From NCBI GenBank assembly GCA_016932835.1, contig JAFGCD010000070.1, forward strand, positions 1,248 to 65,247: 64,000 nucleotides of DNA, given 5' to 3'. The notes beneath the pieces are model-generated. The model did not search any database, was not told the DNA's origin, and saw nothing but the letters and a program-made list of their open reading frames with translations. A program made the translations under genes and the position numbers. Of the stretch, positions 1 to 8,749 are shown piece by piece. How positions within the stretch are numbered: the first letter of the stretch is position 1; the number at the start of each line of letters is the position of its first letter. This stretch comes from Sedimentisphaerales bacterium. GTDB lineage: Bacteria > Planctomycetota > Phycisphaerae > Sedimentisphaerales > Anaerobacaceae.

Positions 1-2
1 AC

Positions 3-1094
3 ACGCGTTTTGATCCGCAACAGATGCGGAAGTTCGGTGCGATGGAAGTTGCGATGAGCGATCGTAAGATTCAGGAGATTACGTGGCAGACCAATATTTC
101 GATCTGGAATCCTTTGACGTGGCTGATGTATTCGATGCACGTTCGCGGCGAAGAGATCGCCAAGATTGTGCATGAATACACGCGCGAGATGACTGTTCTT
201 CATGTGACGGTGCTCTATTTTCATTGCTTGTCGCTGGAGGAGGTTAAAAGTGCTATTGAGAGCCAGCTTGCATATGCTTCGGCTTTGGATAAGGAGATGC
301 AGGCGTTCAGGCAGGAGGGGCTGATTGCGGATTGGGAGGCGGAGGGGGCCGGTTTGGCGGTGCTGACGAGGGAGGCGGAGCTTCGCCGCGTGGAGCGTGC
401 GATCGAGCAGGTACGGGCGGACCTTCTTGCGGCGATGGGGCTCGGCCCCTTGTCGCGGATTCGTCTTGCGGTAAATACGCCGCTGGAGGCGCCTGATGAA
501 TCTTTGGAGCGTCTTATCACGGAGGCGCTTTTGCATCACCCTGAGCTTCGGATTTCCGATCGGCAGGTAGCCATCGAGGATCGCAAGGTGGAGCTTTCTA
601 TCGCGATTTTTCTGCCGACCCTGACGGGTTTCGCGGGGAACATAAACTCGTCGGATTCATTTTTGAAGTATTCTGATTACTGGGTGACGGGTCTGGCGGG
701 GACTCTGAGAGTTTTTGACGGTTTTGCGAACGTCAACCGTTACAAGCTGGTTCGGGAGCAGCGGAAGGATGCTTACATAAAACGAGAACAGACATCTCTG
801 TCGGTGATGCTGAGAGTTGTGAAGGCGTATCTGAATATGAGCAATGCAGCGGAGGAGGCGGCGTTGGCGGAACGTTATTATGCCGTTTCATCGAAACGTT
901 TCACCGAGGTCGAGGAGCGGTGGCGTGAGGGGCTTGTCAGTTCGTCGGAGATGCTCAAGGCCACAGCGGAGCGTGACGGCGCGCAGATGGAGGCAATGGC
1001 TGCTCGTTTTCAACACCAGGTTAGTATAGCGACACTGATCAATGCCGTCGGCAGAAGCGAGACGGCGGTTGAGGGACAGGTTAATGAAGACTGA
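3..1094 (+). CDS. TolC-family outer membrane efflux protein (OMF), 5' end lies outside the window
   Basis: The frame is open from the window edge, with no stop between nt 3 and the first ATG at 24. The sequence is an alpha-helical repeat typical of the OMF C-terminal half (LTREAELRRVERAIEQVRADLLAAMGL; FTEVEERWREGLVSSSEMLKATAERDGAQ). The TGA stop at 1092-1094 overlaps the ATG at 1084 of the next gene. Confidence 0.8.
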   Translation, partial: TRFDPQQMRKFGAMEVAMSDRKIQEITWQTNISIWNPLTWLMYSMHVRGEEIAKIVHEYTREMTVLHVTVLYFHCLSLEEVKSAIESQLAYASALDKEMQAFRQEGLIADWEAEGAGLAVLTREAELRRVERAIEQVRADLLAAMGLGPLSRIRLAVNTPLEAPDESLERLITEALLHHPELRISDRQVAIEDRKVELSIAIFLPTLTGFAGNINSSDSFLKYSDYWVTGLAGTLRVFDGFANVNRYKLVREQRKDAYIKREQTSLSVMLRVVKAYLNMSNAAEEAALAERYYAVSSKRFTEVEERWREGLVSSSEMLKATAERDGAQMEAMAARFQHQVSIATLINAVGRSETAVEGQVNED

Positions 1095-2316
1095 AGATAA
1101 GAAGGGGCAGACAAAAGGCAGCGGCGGTCGATGGTTGAGACTTTTTGTCGGGGTATTGTTGGTTTTTGCGTCGGCCGGGGCGGCCTACAAGATTTACAGG
1201 GGCAGGGCGGTTCAAGGCGAATCGAATATCAAAGAGGCTGCCGAGACCGGGGGCATACCGGTTGTGGTTCGGTCGCCTGTTACGAAGGTTTTCGAAGAGC
1301 GGCTTGTTGTTCAGGGGAATTTGGAGGCGGCTGAATTTGCGGTCGTATCTCCCCGGATTCAGGGAGTTATCGACATAATTTTTGTCGATGAGGGTGACTC
1401 GGTATCGGCAGGGGAGACGAAGCTGTTTCAAATCGACAAGCTCAATCTTGAGAAGACGGTGACACTTCGCCGACACGATCTGGCGGTTGCGAAGTATGCC
1501 GGTCGAGAGAGGGCTGCGAACCTCAAGAGGGTCGAGGCGGATTTCGCGAAGGCCGAATTGGATTACAATCGGCATGTGCGTTTGTTCGAGAAGGGCGCTG
1601 TTACACCGGATGCGTTTGAGCGTCAGGAGTCGATTTACAAGCAGTCGAAGGCTATGGTGGAACATGCGCAGACGCTGGTGGATCTCGCGGCGGAGCAGGA
1701 GAAGCAGGCAGAGGTCGGTCTGGCAATGTCGCTGAAAGATCTGGATGACGCTCTTGTATATGCACCGCTTAGCGGGAAGGTTAGCGGGCGTTTTCGGGAG
1801 CCCGGGGAGATGGGTGTTCCTGGTCAGCCGGCGCTGAGGATTGAAAACACTTCGATTATAGAGGTCTGTGCGCATCTGCCTGCCCAGTATTATTCCAGGA
1901 TAGTTACAGGTCGGACTCGCATGAATGTGGCTGTATCGGGGACGGAGGTTAGTGGTCAGACGGTATCTTACAAGAGCCCGACAATCGACGAGCGGCTTCG
2001 AACATTCGAGGTCAAGTGCGTGCTACGGTCTGCGCCGGAGGGCTTTGTTCCCGGGGCTATGGCTGAGATAGCGATAGTTCTGGAGAGCAGGGAAGGTTTG
2101 GGGACGCCGTCGGAGGCGATTGTGACACGCGGGGGCAGTACGGTTGTTTTTGTGGTTAAGGACGGGGTTTCGCATCAGGTTGAGGTGAAGACGGGTCTGG
2201 AAATGAGCGGGTGGACCGAGATAGTCGAGGGGGCTCTGGACAGCGACGACCGCGTGGTCGTGATGGGTCAGGAAATGGTTGACCAAGGCAGTCGAGTATC
2301 CGTGCAGGAGGAATAG
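1084..2316 (+). CDS. Efflux RND periplasmic adaptor subunit (MFP/HlyD family)
   Basis: N-terminal membrane anchor (WLRLFVGVLLVFASAGAAY), a lipoyl-like hairpin (VSPRIQGVIDIIFVDEGDSVSAGE), a coiled coil, then YAPLSGKVSG. I chose the ATG at 1084 (GAGGGA 7 nt upstream, 11-nt overlap with the OMF stop) over the ORF-track ATG at 1042. Confidence 0.9.
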   Translation: MKTEDKKGQTKGSGGRWLRLFVGVLLVFASAGAAYKIYRGRAVQGESNIKEAAETGGIPVVVRSPVTKVFEERLVVQGNLEAAEFAVVSPRIQGVIDIIFVDEGDSVSAGETKLFQIDKLNLEKTVTLRRHDLAVAKYAGRERAANLKRVEADFAKAELDYNRHVRLFEKGAVTPDAFERQESIYKQSKAMVEHAQTLVDLAAEQEKQAEVGLAMSLKDLDDALVYAPLSGKVSGRFREPGEMGVPGQPALRIENTSIIEVCAHLPAQYYSRIVTGRTRMNVAVSGTEVSGQTVSYKSPTIDERLRTFEVKCVLRSAPEGFVPGAMAEIAIVLESREGLGTPSEAIVTRGGSTVVFVVKDGVSHQVEVKTGLEMSGWTEIVEGALDSDDRVVVMGQEMVDQGSRVSVQEE

Positions 2317-2321
2317 CATCG

Positions 2322-5300
2322 ATGTTCTTATCAAACGCGTCAGTTCGAAGGCCTGTTGCTGTTAGCTGTTTGATTATCGGCCTGACATTACTCGGTTTCA
2401 ACGCCTATCGGAAGATGGGTCTCGAATTGATGCCGAGAATGGATATGCCTTTTATCACTGTGATGACGGTTTATCCCGGCGCGAGTCCGGAGCAGATCGA
2501 GACCGACATCGCCAAGCGTATCGAAGACCAGATTGTGACGATTGACGGTCTGAAGCACGTCAATTCTTCGTGCATGGAGAATGTCTGCCTTACGCTTCTC
2601 GAGTTCGAGTTGGATGTGGATGTGGACATCGCCGCGACGGATGTTCGCGAGAAGCTGGATTTGATCAAAGCCGATTTGCCTGCGGATGCGGAAGATCCTA
2701 AGATTATGAAGTTCGACATAAACGCGATGCCGATCATTACGCTTGCTTTGACAGGCGAGGTTCCGGTTGAGGACTTATACGATTATGCGGACAACACTTT
2801 GCGAGATCGTATAACGGTGATATCCGGGGTGGCCGATGTCACTCTGATCGGCGGTGCGGCTCGCGAGGTTCATGTAGTGCTTGACAGGCAGAAGCTTGCG
2901 GGGCGCGGGCTGTCGAGCATGGACGTGGTTAGTGCGGTTCAACAGGGTTTAGGGACGATTCCGTCCGGCAGGATAACCGAGGGGGGGACGGAGTATTCGG
3001 TGAAGCTGGACGCCGAGTACGAGAGCGTTGCTGAGATAGGGGAGCTGGAGGTTCGCAATGAGAACGGCCGGCGATGCTATATCCACGATGTGGGGCATGT
3101 CGAGATGACGACGGAGGAGCTTCGGCAAAAGGCGAGTATCGACGGTCGGGATTGTATTGCCATCAAGATCGTGAAGAAGGCGGAGGCTAACGCGGTTCGG
3201 GTTGTCGGTCGTGTACGAGAGGCGATGGCCAAGCTGAACGAAGGGCTGCCCGGCGGGATGGAGCTTGTGTGGGTGGACGACGACGGCCGATTCATTGAGG
3301 CGAGCGTCGAAAGTGCGTGGGTAAACGTTGGGCAGGGGATAGGGTTGACGGCGCTGGTTCTTTTCTTTTTCCTGTACAACTTTCGCTCGACGCTGGCGAT
3401 TGCCATTACGATGCCCCTGACTATTGTAATCGGTCTGTTTTTCATGCAGTTTCTGGGTTATACCCTGAACACATCCACTCTGATAGCAATCGGGATGTCG
3501 GTTGGGATTCTGGTGACGAATTCGATCGTCGTCATGGAGGCGATCGTCAAGCGGGTGGAACGCACGGGTGATGTGAAAGAATCATCTCGTCTTGGGGCAG
3601 GGGAGGTTGCGATAGCTATTCTGGCGAGCGTCGGGACGAACGTTGTAGTGCTTTTTCCTATCGGGATAATGGGCAGCATGATAGGTGTTTTCATGAGACC
3701 TCTTGCGCTGACGATGGTTATCATGACGGCGGTATCGCTTTTCATATCGTTTACCCTGACTCCAATGCTGTGCTCTGTGATGCTGAGGAGTAAGAAGGTT
3801 GATTCGCGGTCTTTACTTGGTCGGATGGAGGGTTTGTGGAACGGGCTGTTTGACCGGATTCGAGGCGGTTATGGGCGGCTTCTTGCATTCAATGAGAGAC
3901 GCCGTTCCGCGGCGATATTGACCCTTTTTGTGGTGGGTGTTGTTTTTGTTCACGCTTTATCCCTGGCGAAACAAGTTGGTTTCGGCTTCTTTACAAACCC
4001 TGATAAAGGTCAGATCGCGATCAAGCTGGAGTACCCGACTCGATACAGTCTGGGGCAGACTCAGCGGCGCGTGCAGGAAGTCGAAGAACGGGTCAAGGAT
4101 ATGCCCGAGTTGAAGCATATTCTGACGACTATCGGCAAAGTGGAAGGAATCATCGGGCAAGCTTCCGAGGGCGTTTACCTGGCGCAAATTTTGTTGAAGT
4201 TTTCGGAGCGTGACGAGCGTGATTTGAGTATCGATACTCTTCAGTCCGAGGTTCGCAAGCGGCTTACGGGTTATCCCGAGTGTATCGTGACGGTGAGCCT
4301 GCCGAAGATTATCGGGGGACAGGCATCGGACATTGAGTTCGAAATTTCGGGTGATGAGCTTTCGGAACTGGACCGGCTGGCATTGAAGAGCCAGGAGCTG
4401 ACTAAAACTATCGAGGGCTTCATGGATTCCGATACGACAGTTCGTATCGGGAAGCCTGAGTTGCGAATTCGCCCTCGTCGTGCTGTTCTGGCGGACCTTG
4501 GTTTACCTGCTGTTGGTCTTGGTTTTGCTCTGCGCGCCAACCTCGAGGGTCTGGACGCCGGCGTTTTCAAGCAGGGGGCACGGAATTATGATATTGTTGT
4601 CGAATTGATCGAAGAGGAAGGGAAGAGTCAGGTTGAAGAGTTTCTTTTTCCCGGGGTGCCAGGCCATCCTTTAGTTCTGACCAACCTCGGAGATGTAGAG
4701 GAGAGACTTGCTCCTATCCAGATCACTCGCAAAGACAAGCGTCGGATATCGAAAGTCCTTGCAAACATCGACAGCAAGAAACCCCTTGGCACCGCTGTTG
4801 ACGAGCTTAGTGCGGCGGTGGATTCGAAGGGGAATCTGCCGCCGGGGTATGAGTATTTCTTTGCGGGTTCGACGGAAGTGATGAAGGAAGCGCAGGCGGC
4901 CTTCGGTGAGGCAGGCTTGATTGCGATAGTGCTCGTAGTGCTTACACTTGCTGCTATTCTGGAGTCATTCAAGCAGCCATGGCTGATTCTTATAACACTG
5001 CCGCTGGCGTTGATAGGCGTTTTCTGGGCGTTGGCTATTGCAGGCGAGAGCCTTACCATGTTTGTGCTGATGGGTATTGTGATGATGATCGGTATTGTCG
5101 TGAACAATGCGATCCTTATCATGGATCAGTTCAATACACACGTCAAAAAAGGTGTTCCGCGTCATAAAGCAATGGCTGCGGCTGCGAGCGAGCGATTTCG
5201 TCCGATAGTGATGATTACAGTCGCTGCCGTTCTTGGCATGCTGCCGCTTGCTCTCGGGCGGGGGATAGGGGCTGAAATGCGTAACGGGGTAGGGATAGCT

Positions 5301-5387
5301 TCTGTCGGGGGCATCGCGATTTCCGGGATACTGACGCTCATAGTGATGCCGATATTGTATGATCTTTTTACTCGTCGGCAAGATTGA
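2322..5387 (+). CDS. Efflux RND transporter permease (AcrB/HAE1-like)
   Basis: 1021 aa with a 12-TM RND layout. The N-terminus (FLSNASVRRPVAVSCLIIGLTLLGFNAYRKMGLELMPRMDMPFITVMTVYPGASPEQIE) is canonical for AcrB-type pumps. AGGAGG sits 8-9 nt upstream, and the gene starts 5 nt after the MFP stop. Confidence 0.95.
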   Translation: MFLSNASVRRPVAVSCLIIGLTLLGFNAYRKMGLELMPRMDMPFITVMTVYPGASPEQIETDIAKRIEDQIVTIDGLKHVNSSCMENVCLTLLEFELDVDVDIAATDVREKLDLIKADLPADAEDPKIMKFDINAMPIITLALTGEVPVEDLYDYADNTLRDRITVISGVADVTLIGGAAREVHVVLDRQKLAGRGLSSMDVVSAVQQGLGTIPSGRITEGGTEYSVKLDAEYESVAEIGELEVRNENGRRCYIHDVGHVEMTTEELRQKASIDGRDCIAIKIVKKAEANAVRVVGRVREAMAKLNEGLPGGMELVWVDDDGRFIEASVESAWVNVGQGIGLTALVLFFFLYNFRSTLAIAITMPLTIVIGLFFMQFLGYTLNTSTLIAIGMSVGILVTNSIVVMEAIVKRVERTGDVKESSRLGAGEVAIAILASVGTNVVVLFPIGIMGSMIGVFMRPLALTMVIMTAVSLFISFTLTPMLCSVMLRSKKVDSRSLLGRMEGLWNGLFDRIRGGYGRLLAFNERRRSAAILTLFVVGVVFVHALSLAKQVGFGFFTNPDKGQIAIKLEYPTRYSLGQTQRRVQEVEERVKDMPELKHILTTIGKVEGIIGQASEGVYLAQILLKFSERDERDLSIDTLQSEVRKRLTGYPECIVTVSLPKIIGGQASDIEFEISGDELSELDRLALKSQELTKTIEGFMDSDTTVRIGKPELRIRPRRAVLADLGLPAVGLGFALRANLEGLDAGVFKQGARNYDIVVELIEEEGKSQVEEFLFPGVPGHPLVLTNLGDVEERLAPIQITRKDKRRISKVLANIDSKKPLGTAVDELSAAVDSKGNLPPGYEYFFAGSTEVMKEAQAAFGEAGLIAIVLVVLTLAAILESFKQPWLILITLPLALIGVFWALAIAGESLTMFVLMGIVMMIGIVVNNAILIMDQFNTHVKKGVPRHKAMAAAASERFRPIVMITVAAVLGMLPLALGRGIGAEMRNGVGIASVGGIAISGILTLIVMPILYDLFTRRQD

Positions 5388-5490
5388 GGCGGGTTTTTTC
5401 GGCTGGGGGATTGTTGCCGTTTCGGCTTGTGTTGTATTTTGAAGGCGATGGTTACTATTTGCAAGTCATGAGGCGGCGAACTTGACGTTA

Positions 5491-5625
5491 TTGGGGGCGT
5501 ATTTATTAGAGTCGCTTCGTTGGGGCTGATCCGCGCGGGGGCATGATTTAAGGGTGATACAGGGGCGCATTTTTGGGGGCTCATTTAGACATGTCATATC
5601 GGGGGCGCCGGGACGTATTTATCGG
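5491..5625. repeat. Cluster of imperfect direct repeats GGGG(G)C-N0-10-AT(G)ATTT
   Basis: Copies are read directly: GGGGGCGTATTTATT (5493), GGGGCTGAT (5522), GGGGGCATGATTTA (5537), GGGGCGCATTTTT (5562), GGGGGCTCATTTAG (5575) and GGGGGCGCCGGGACGTATTTAT (5601). All lie in the 509-nt gap between the RND gene and the metallophosphoesterase gene. Confidence 0.5.
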
Positions 5626-5896
5626 CTGTTCCGGGACAGAGTTCTTGTTGGTGTTTTATGGGCCGGACCGTTTGTTGGATTCAGCATTTTTTTCGTCATG
5701 TTTCGGGTGTTCGCCAAGTGTTATCAGTGCTGTTAAGGACTTGTTTGGCGGATTTTAAAGGCGCTGCCCGAAATGGGTCGATATGAGACTCTGTAAGGAG
5801 GGCAGCAGCTATCGCCTGCCACTCCGGAATGAGGTTTTTTTCGTCGTGCCCTTTATTTTTGGGGGGCATGTTTCGACAGTGTTAGAGGTAAACGAT

Positions 5897-6964
5897 ATGA
5901 GACATCGATTTGGTGTACTGTTAGTTGCAGGAATCGTTGGCATCCTGAGTTTTGATTTATATGGAGCGGGTATTGACAAAAGTATTGATATTCAGCCTTT
6001 GTGGAAGGCTGCTGTTATTACGGATACTCAGACTTCGGAGCGTGACTGGATAGTTGCTCTTTTGTACCGGCTGAAAGAGGCCGATCCCGATATGCTGATT
6101 CATGTGGGGGATACTTACTTCGAGTGGTCGGACCAGTTCATTCTGCGTGCAGTTGCGGATTTGATAAGTTGCAGGCCCGAAGGTATCGAATTTCATCTTG
6201 CTCCCGGCAATCATGATATGCGTGGGGGGACATTGAAGTTTAACCTTCGTGAGGCTGCGACATGCGGCATATTTCGTTTCGATCCTGATGTGACATTCAG
6301 AGGCGAGAATTATCTTCAGAGCCGGGTTGCGGTGTACGTGCCGGAGCCTGAATTGCCGGTGTGGAATCCGGAGATAGTTAATCATCCCGGCTGGCAGGTG
6401 GAGGCTAATGCGCGGTTTATCAACCTCGGCGGCAATGTGGCGAAGCCCTGTCGATACGTTTTCAAGAGGGGCAGAATTCGGTTTGTGGTCTGCGACTGGG
6501 AGTACAGCGACGATCAGTACGACTGGCTTCGGAGCGTGATTACGCATGACGACGGCAGTTCGGCTACGATAGTCCTGCACCATGCTCACCATATGGACAA
6601 GCTGACGCGGTACTTCGAGGGCCTTGAGGGCCGGCATAACGTCAAGCTGGTCCTCTCGGGCCATGATCATCGCTATTATCATGAGAAACAAGGCCAGATT
6701 ACGTATATCACGGGGGCCGGGATTGCTCGCAGCGGCCGTGACTGTGATGCGATGATGCTGAGCGTTTACAGGAATTACCTGCGTCTGGATCGATATATTA
6801 TTCCGAAGGGAGCATCGGAGCCCGTGGTTTTAGGGCCTGATCCCATCTGGATGTGCGAAGGGGATTTCAGCGAGTACCGTCGGCCTGAGTCGCCTCGCCG
6901 TCGTCCGGCTTATGTGAAGGGGCCGGAGTCCGAGCGCGGGATTTTCTACGATCTTGCAAAGTAA
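5897..6964 (+). CDS. Calcineurin-like metallophosphoesterase, secreted
   Basis: Metallophosphoesterase motif series: VITDTQ, HVGDTYFEW, APGNHDM, IVLHHAHH, LSGHDHRY. I chose the ATG at 5897 (MRHRFGVLLVAGIVGIL signal-like, GAGG 8 nt upstream). The ORF-track start at 5783 adds an implausible extension. Confidence 0.8.
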   Translation: MRHRFGVLLVAGIVGILSFDLYGAGIDKSIDIQPLWKAAVITDTQTSERDWIVALLYRLKEADPDMLIHVGDTYFEWSDQFILRAVADLISCRPEGIEFHLAPGNHDMRGGTLKFNLREAATCGIFRFDPDVTFRGENYLQSRVAVYVPEPELPVWNPEIVNHPGWQVEANARFINLGGNVAKPCRYVFKRGRIRFVVCDWEYSDDQYDWLRSVITHDDGSSATIVLHHAHHMDKLTRYFEGLEGRHNVKLVLSGHDHRYYHEKQGQITYITGAGIARSGRDCDAMMLSVYRNYLRLDRYIIPKGASEPVVLGPDPIWMCEGDFSEYRRPESPRRRPAYVKGPESERGIFYDLAK

Positions 6965-7157
6965 GCGGCTTATGGCTTAGCCACAGGCAGCCACATAATA
7001 TAGAGTGGCGGGAGGTTGGTTTCATTCGATGGTTGGGCCTTGCGGCCGAGTGGTTCGAGATGCGCGCAAAGCGGGTAAGGAGCGGGTGGAAATTCAGTCA
7101 CAGGCGGCTGTAAAGTGGATGAGGGGTTTGCCCTAAGGGCCGAGAGATTACTGCAGT

Positions 7158-7189
7158 CGGGGCGGGTGCCCCGGCCACAAGTGCCGGGG
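7158..7189. terminator. Two overlapping GC hairpins between convergent genes (possible bidirectional terminator)
   Basis: CGGGGC-GGGT-GCCCCG (7158-7173) and CCCCGGC-CACAAGT-GCCGGGG (7169-7189) share the CCCC(G) arm. Neither is followed by a clear U-tract. Confidence 0.3.
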
Positions 7190-7222
7190 CTAATCGGTGA
7201 GGGCGGGGGAAGTTAACTTTGG

Positions 7223-8590
7223 TTAGCGGCTTACTTGTGAGACGTGGTCCTTTATTCGGAGGTGTTTTTCGAGGTCTTTCACTTCTTCGTTGTTGATCTT
7301 AATGTTCCGGAAGGTGATGTTCTTGACATCGTGTTTTTCATCGGCTCCTTCGAGGTGGAAGAATACGGTTTGCGGGTTGTCGGAGTCGATGTCGATATTT
7401 TTGAAAGTGACGTTTTCGATTCGGCCGGGGGTTTTGAGGACCATGTATTGATTTACGACCGGCCGGAGGCGAGCGATTTCGCCTTTGCCGACGGCGTTGA
7501 TGTTGATGCCCTCGATTATAATATCAGTCAGCGGCATTTCTTCTCCCGGTTCGAGGAGGAAGGGGGTCATGGTGTAGTGGATGATCCGGGAATCAGCTAT
7601 GCGTATTCGCCGCATTGCTTCGGCCTGGCTTTCGTGGGCGAACAGGATGATTCTGGCCCGGCTGCACCAGAAGGTCATGTTTTCGATAGTGATATCCTCG
7701 GATGGCTCTCGCAGGCCTCCCCGCAGCCCTTTTATCGACATGCAGTCGTCGTCAGTTCTTATGAAGCAATCGCGGACGGTTACGTTACGCGAGTTGCATG
7801 GGTTGATTCCGTCGTCGTTCTGGACTCTGTCTCCGACGATTTTGACGTCTGTAATGGTGACATTTTCACATCGTCTGGGAACGAGCGTCCAGGCGTAGGA
7901 TCCCTTGAGTATTATTCCTTCGATATCGATGTTCTTACATTTTTCAAATCCGAGGAGTGTTCCTGCGGGTCCTTTCAGCCAGGGCCATTGCGAGCCGTCG
8001 ATTATTCCCCTTCCTTTAATTGTGATATTCTCGGCGTTTTTGACCTGGACGGCCGCCTTGAGGACTGCTCCCGGTGCGAGGTATAGCGTCTGGTTGGAGG
8101 TTAGTCTCAGTACGTCTCCGGGGACATTATGAACGCCAGGGTCGAGGAAGATGACGTTGGGGTCGTTTTTGTCGGGGATTTGGGATTCGGGAGTGTTTGC
8201 GAAGAGGAAGAGGGTGTTTTTCATTCCGTATGGTTCGACGGAGATTTTTCGTGGGCGGTCGATTCGGAAGCGGATTTCTTTGTTTTCAATTTCCGGTCGG
8301 ATTTGAAAATTCAGCGGTCTGATAACTGCTTCGGTGAAGGGTTCGGCAGGGACGATGCGGATATCCGCTGGCCGGGAGATGTCGAAATATGCGAAGCTGT
8401 ATGTTTTTCCGAGGTGAGCTTTGTCGCATGAGGCTGTCCAGACGGGGACGGGGCGGCCATCGACGAAGAGCTTGTATTGTGTGGAAGATTGTTCGTCTGG
8501 CGGCATTTCGGGGATCGACAGTTGAGCGTAAAGAGGTGCAGCGCAAGACAGCAGGGCGGCGAGTATGGTTGTGGCCGGGAACGTTTTCAT
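7223..8590 (-). CDS. Secreted right-handed beta-helix glycoside hydrolase (GH28-like, possibly GH49-like) with an N-terminal beta-sandwich
   Basis: Signal peptide MKTFPATTILAALLSCAAPLYAQ. Beta-helix repeats carry the paired acidic motifs QNDDGINPCNS and IRTDDDCMSIKG. The GH28 G-H-G/RIK motifs are not evident. AAGGAG lies 8 nt upstream of the ATG at 8590. Confidence 0.7.
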   Translation of the reverse strand: MKTFPATTILAALLSCAAPLYAQLSIPEMPPDEQSSTQYKLFVDGRPVPVWTASCDKAHLGKTYSFAYFDISRPADIRIVPAEPFTEAVIRPLNFQIRPEIENKEIRFRIDRPRKISVEPYGMKNTLFLFANTPESQIPDKNDPNVIFLDPGVHNVPGDVLRLTSNQTLYLAPGAVLKAAVQVKNAENITIKGRGIIDGSQWPWLKGPAGTLLGFEKCKNIDIEGIILKGSYAWTLVPRRCENVTITDVKIVGDRVQNDDGINPCNSRNVTVRDCFIRTDDDCMSIKGLRGGLREPSEDITIENMTFWCSRARIILFAHESQAEAMRRIRIADSRIIHYTMTPFLLEPGEEMPLTDIIIEGININAVGKGEIARLRPVVNQYMVLKTPGRIENVTFKNIDIDSDNPQTVFFHLEGADEKHDVKNITFRNIKINNEEVKDLEKHLRIKDHVSQVSR

Positions 8591-8749
8591 GATTTTATCT
8601 CCTTACGGCTAATCAGCTTCGAGATTATGGCAGCGGCGGAGGACGGCATCGTATGCCGCGGCTCCGGCAAAAGCAGAATCCGCATGAAACAATTCCCGAC
8701 AGCCGTCGGCCCGTCGATTTGATTCGGGAAGCATTGTGTGATAGATACT

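Noticed and set aside
5388-5410. T-run right after the RND gene stop (GGCGGGTTTTTTCGG) as an intrinsic terminator
   Set aside because: I could not find a convincing stem preceding the T-run, so it is not reported as a terminator.
7040-7065. tRNA-like T-loop strings (GGTTCGAG at ~7051; GGGGTTCGAAAT at ~59527)
   Set aside because: The flanking sequence cannot form a T-stem, acceptor or anticodon arm. I found no tRNA, rRNA, tmRNA, RNase P or SRP RNA signature anywhere in the window.
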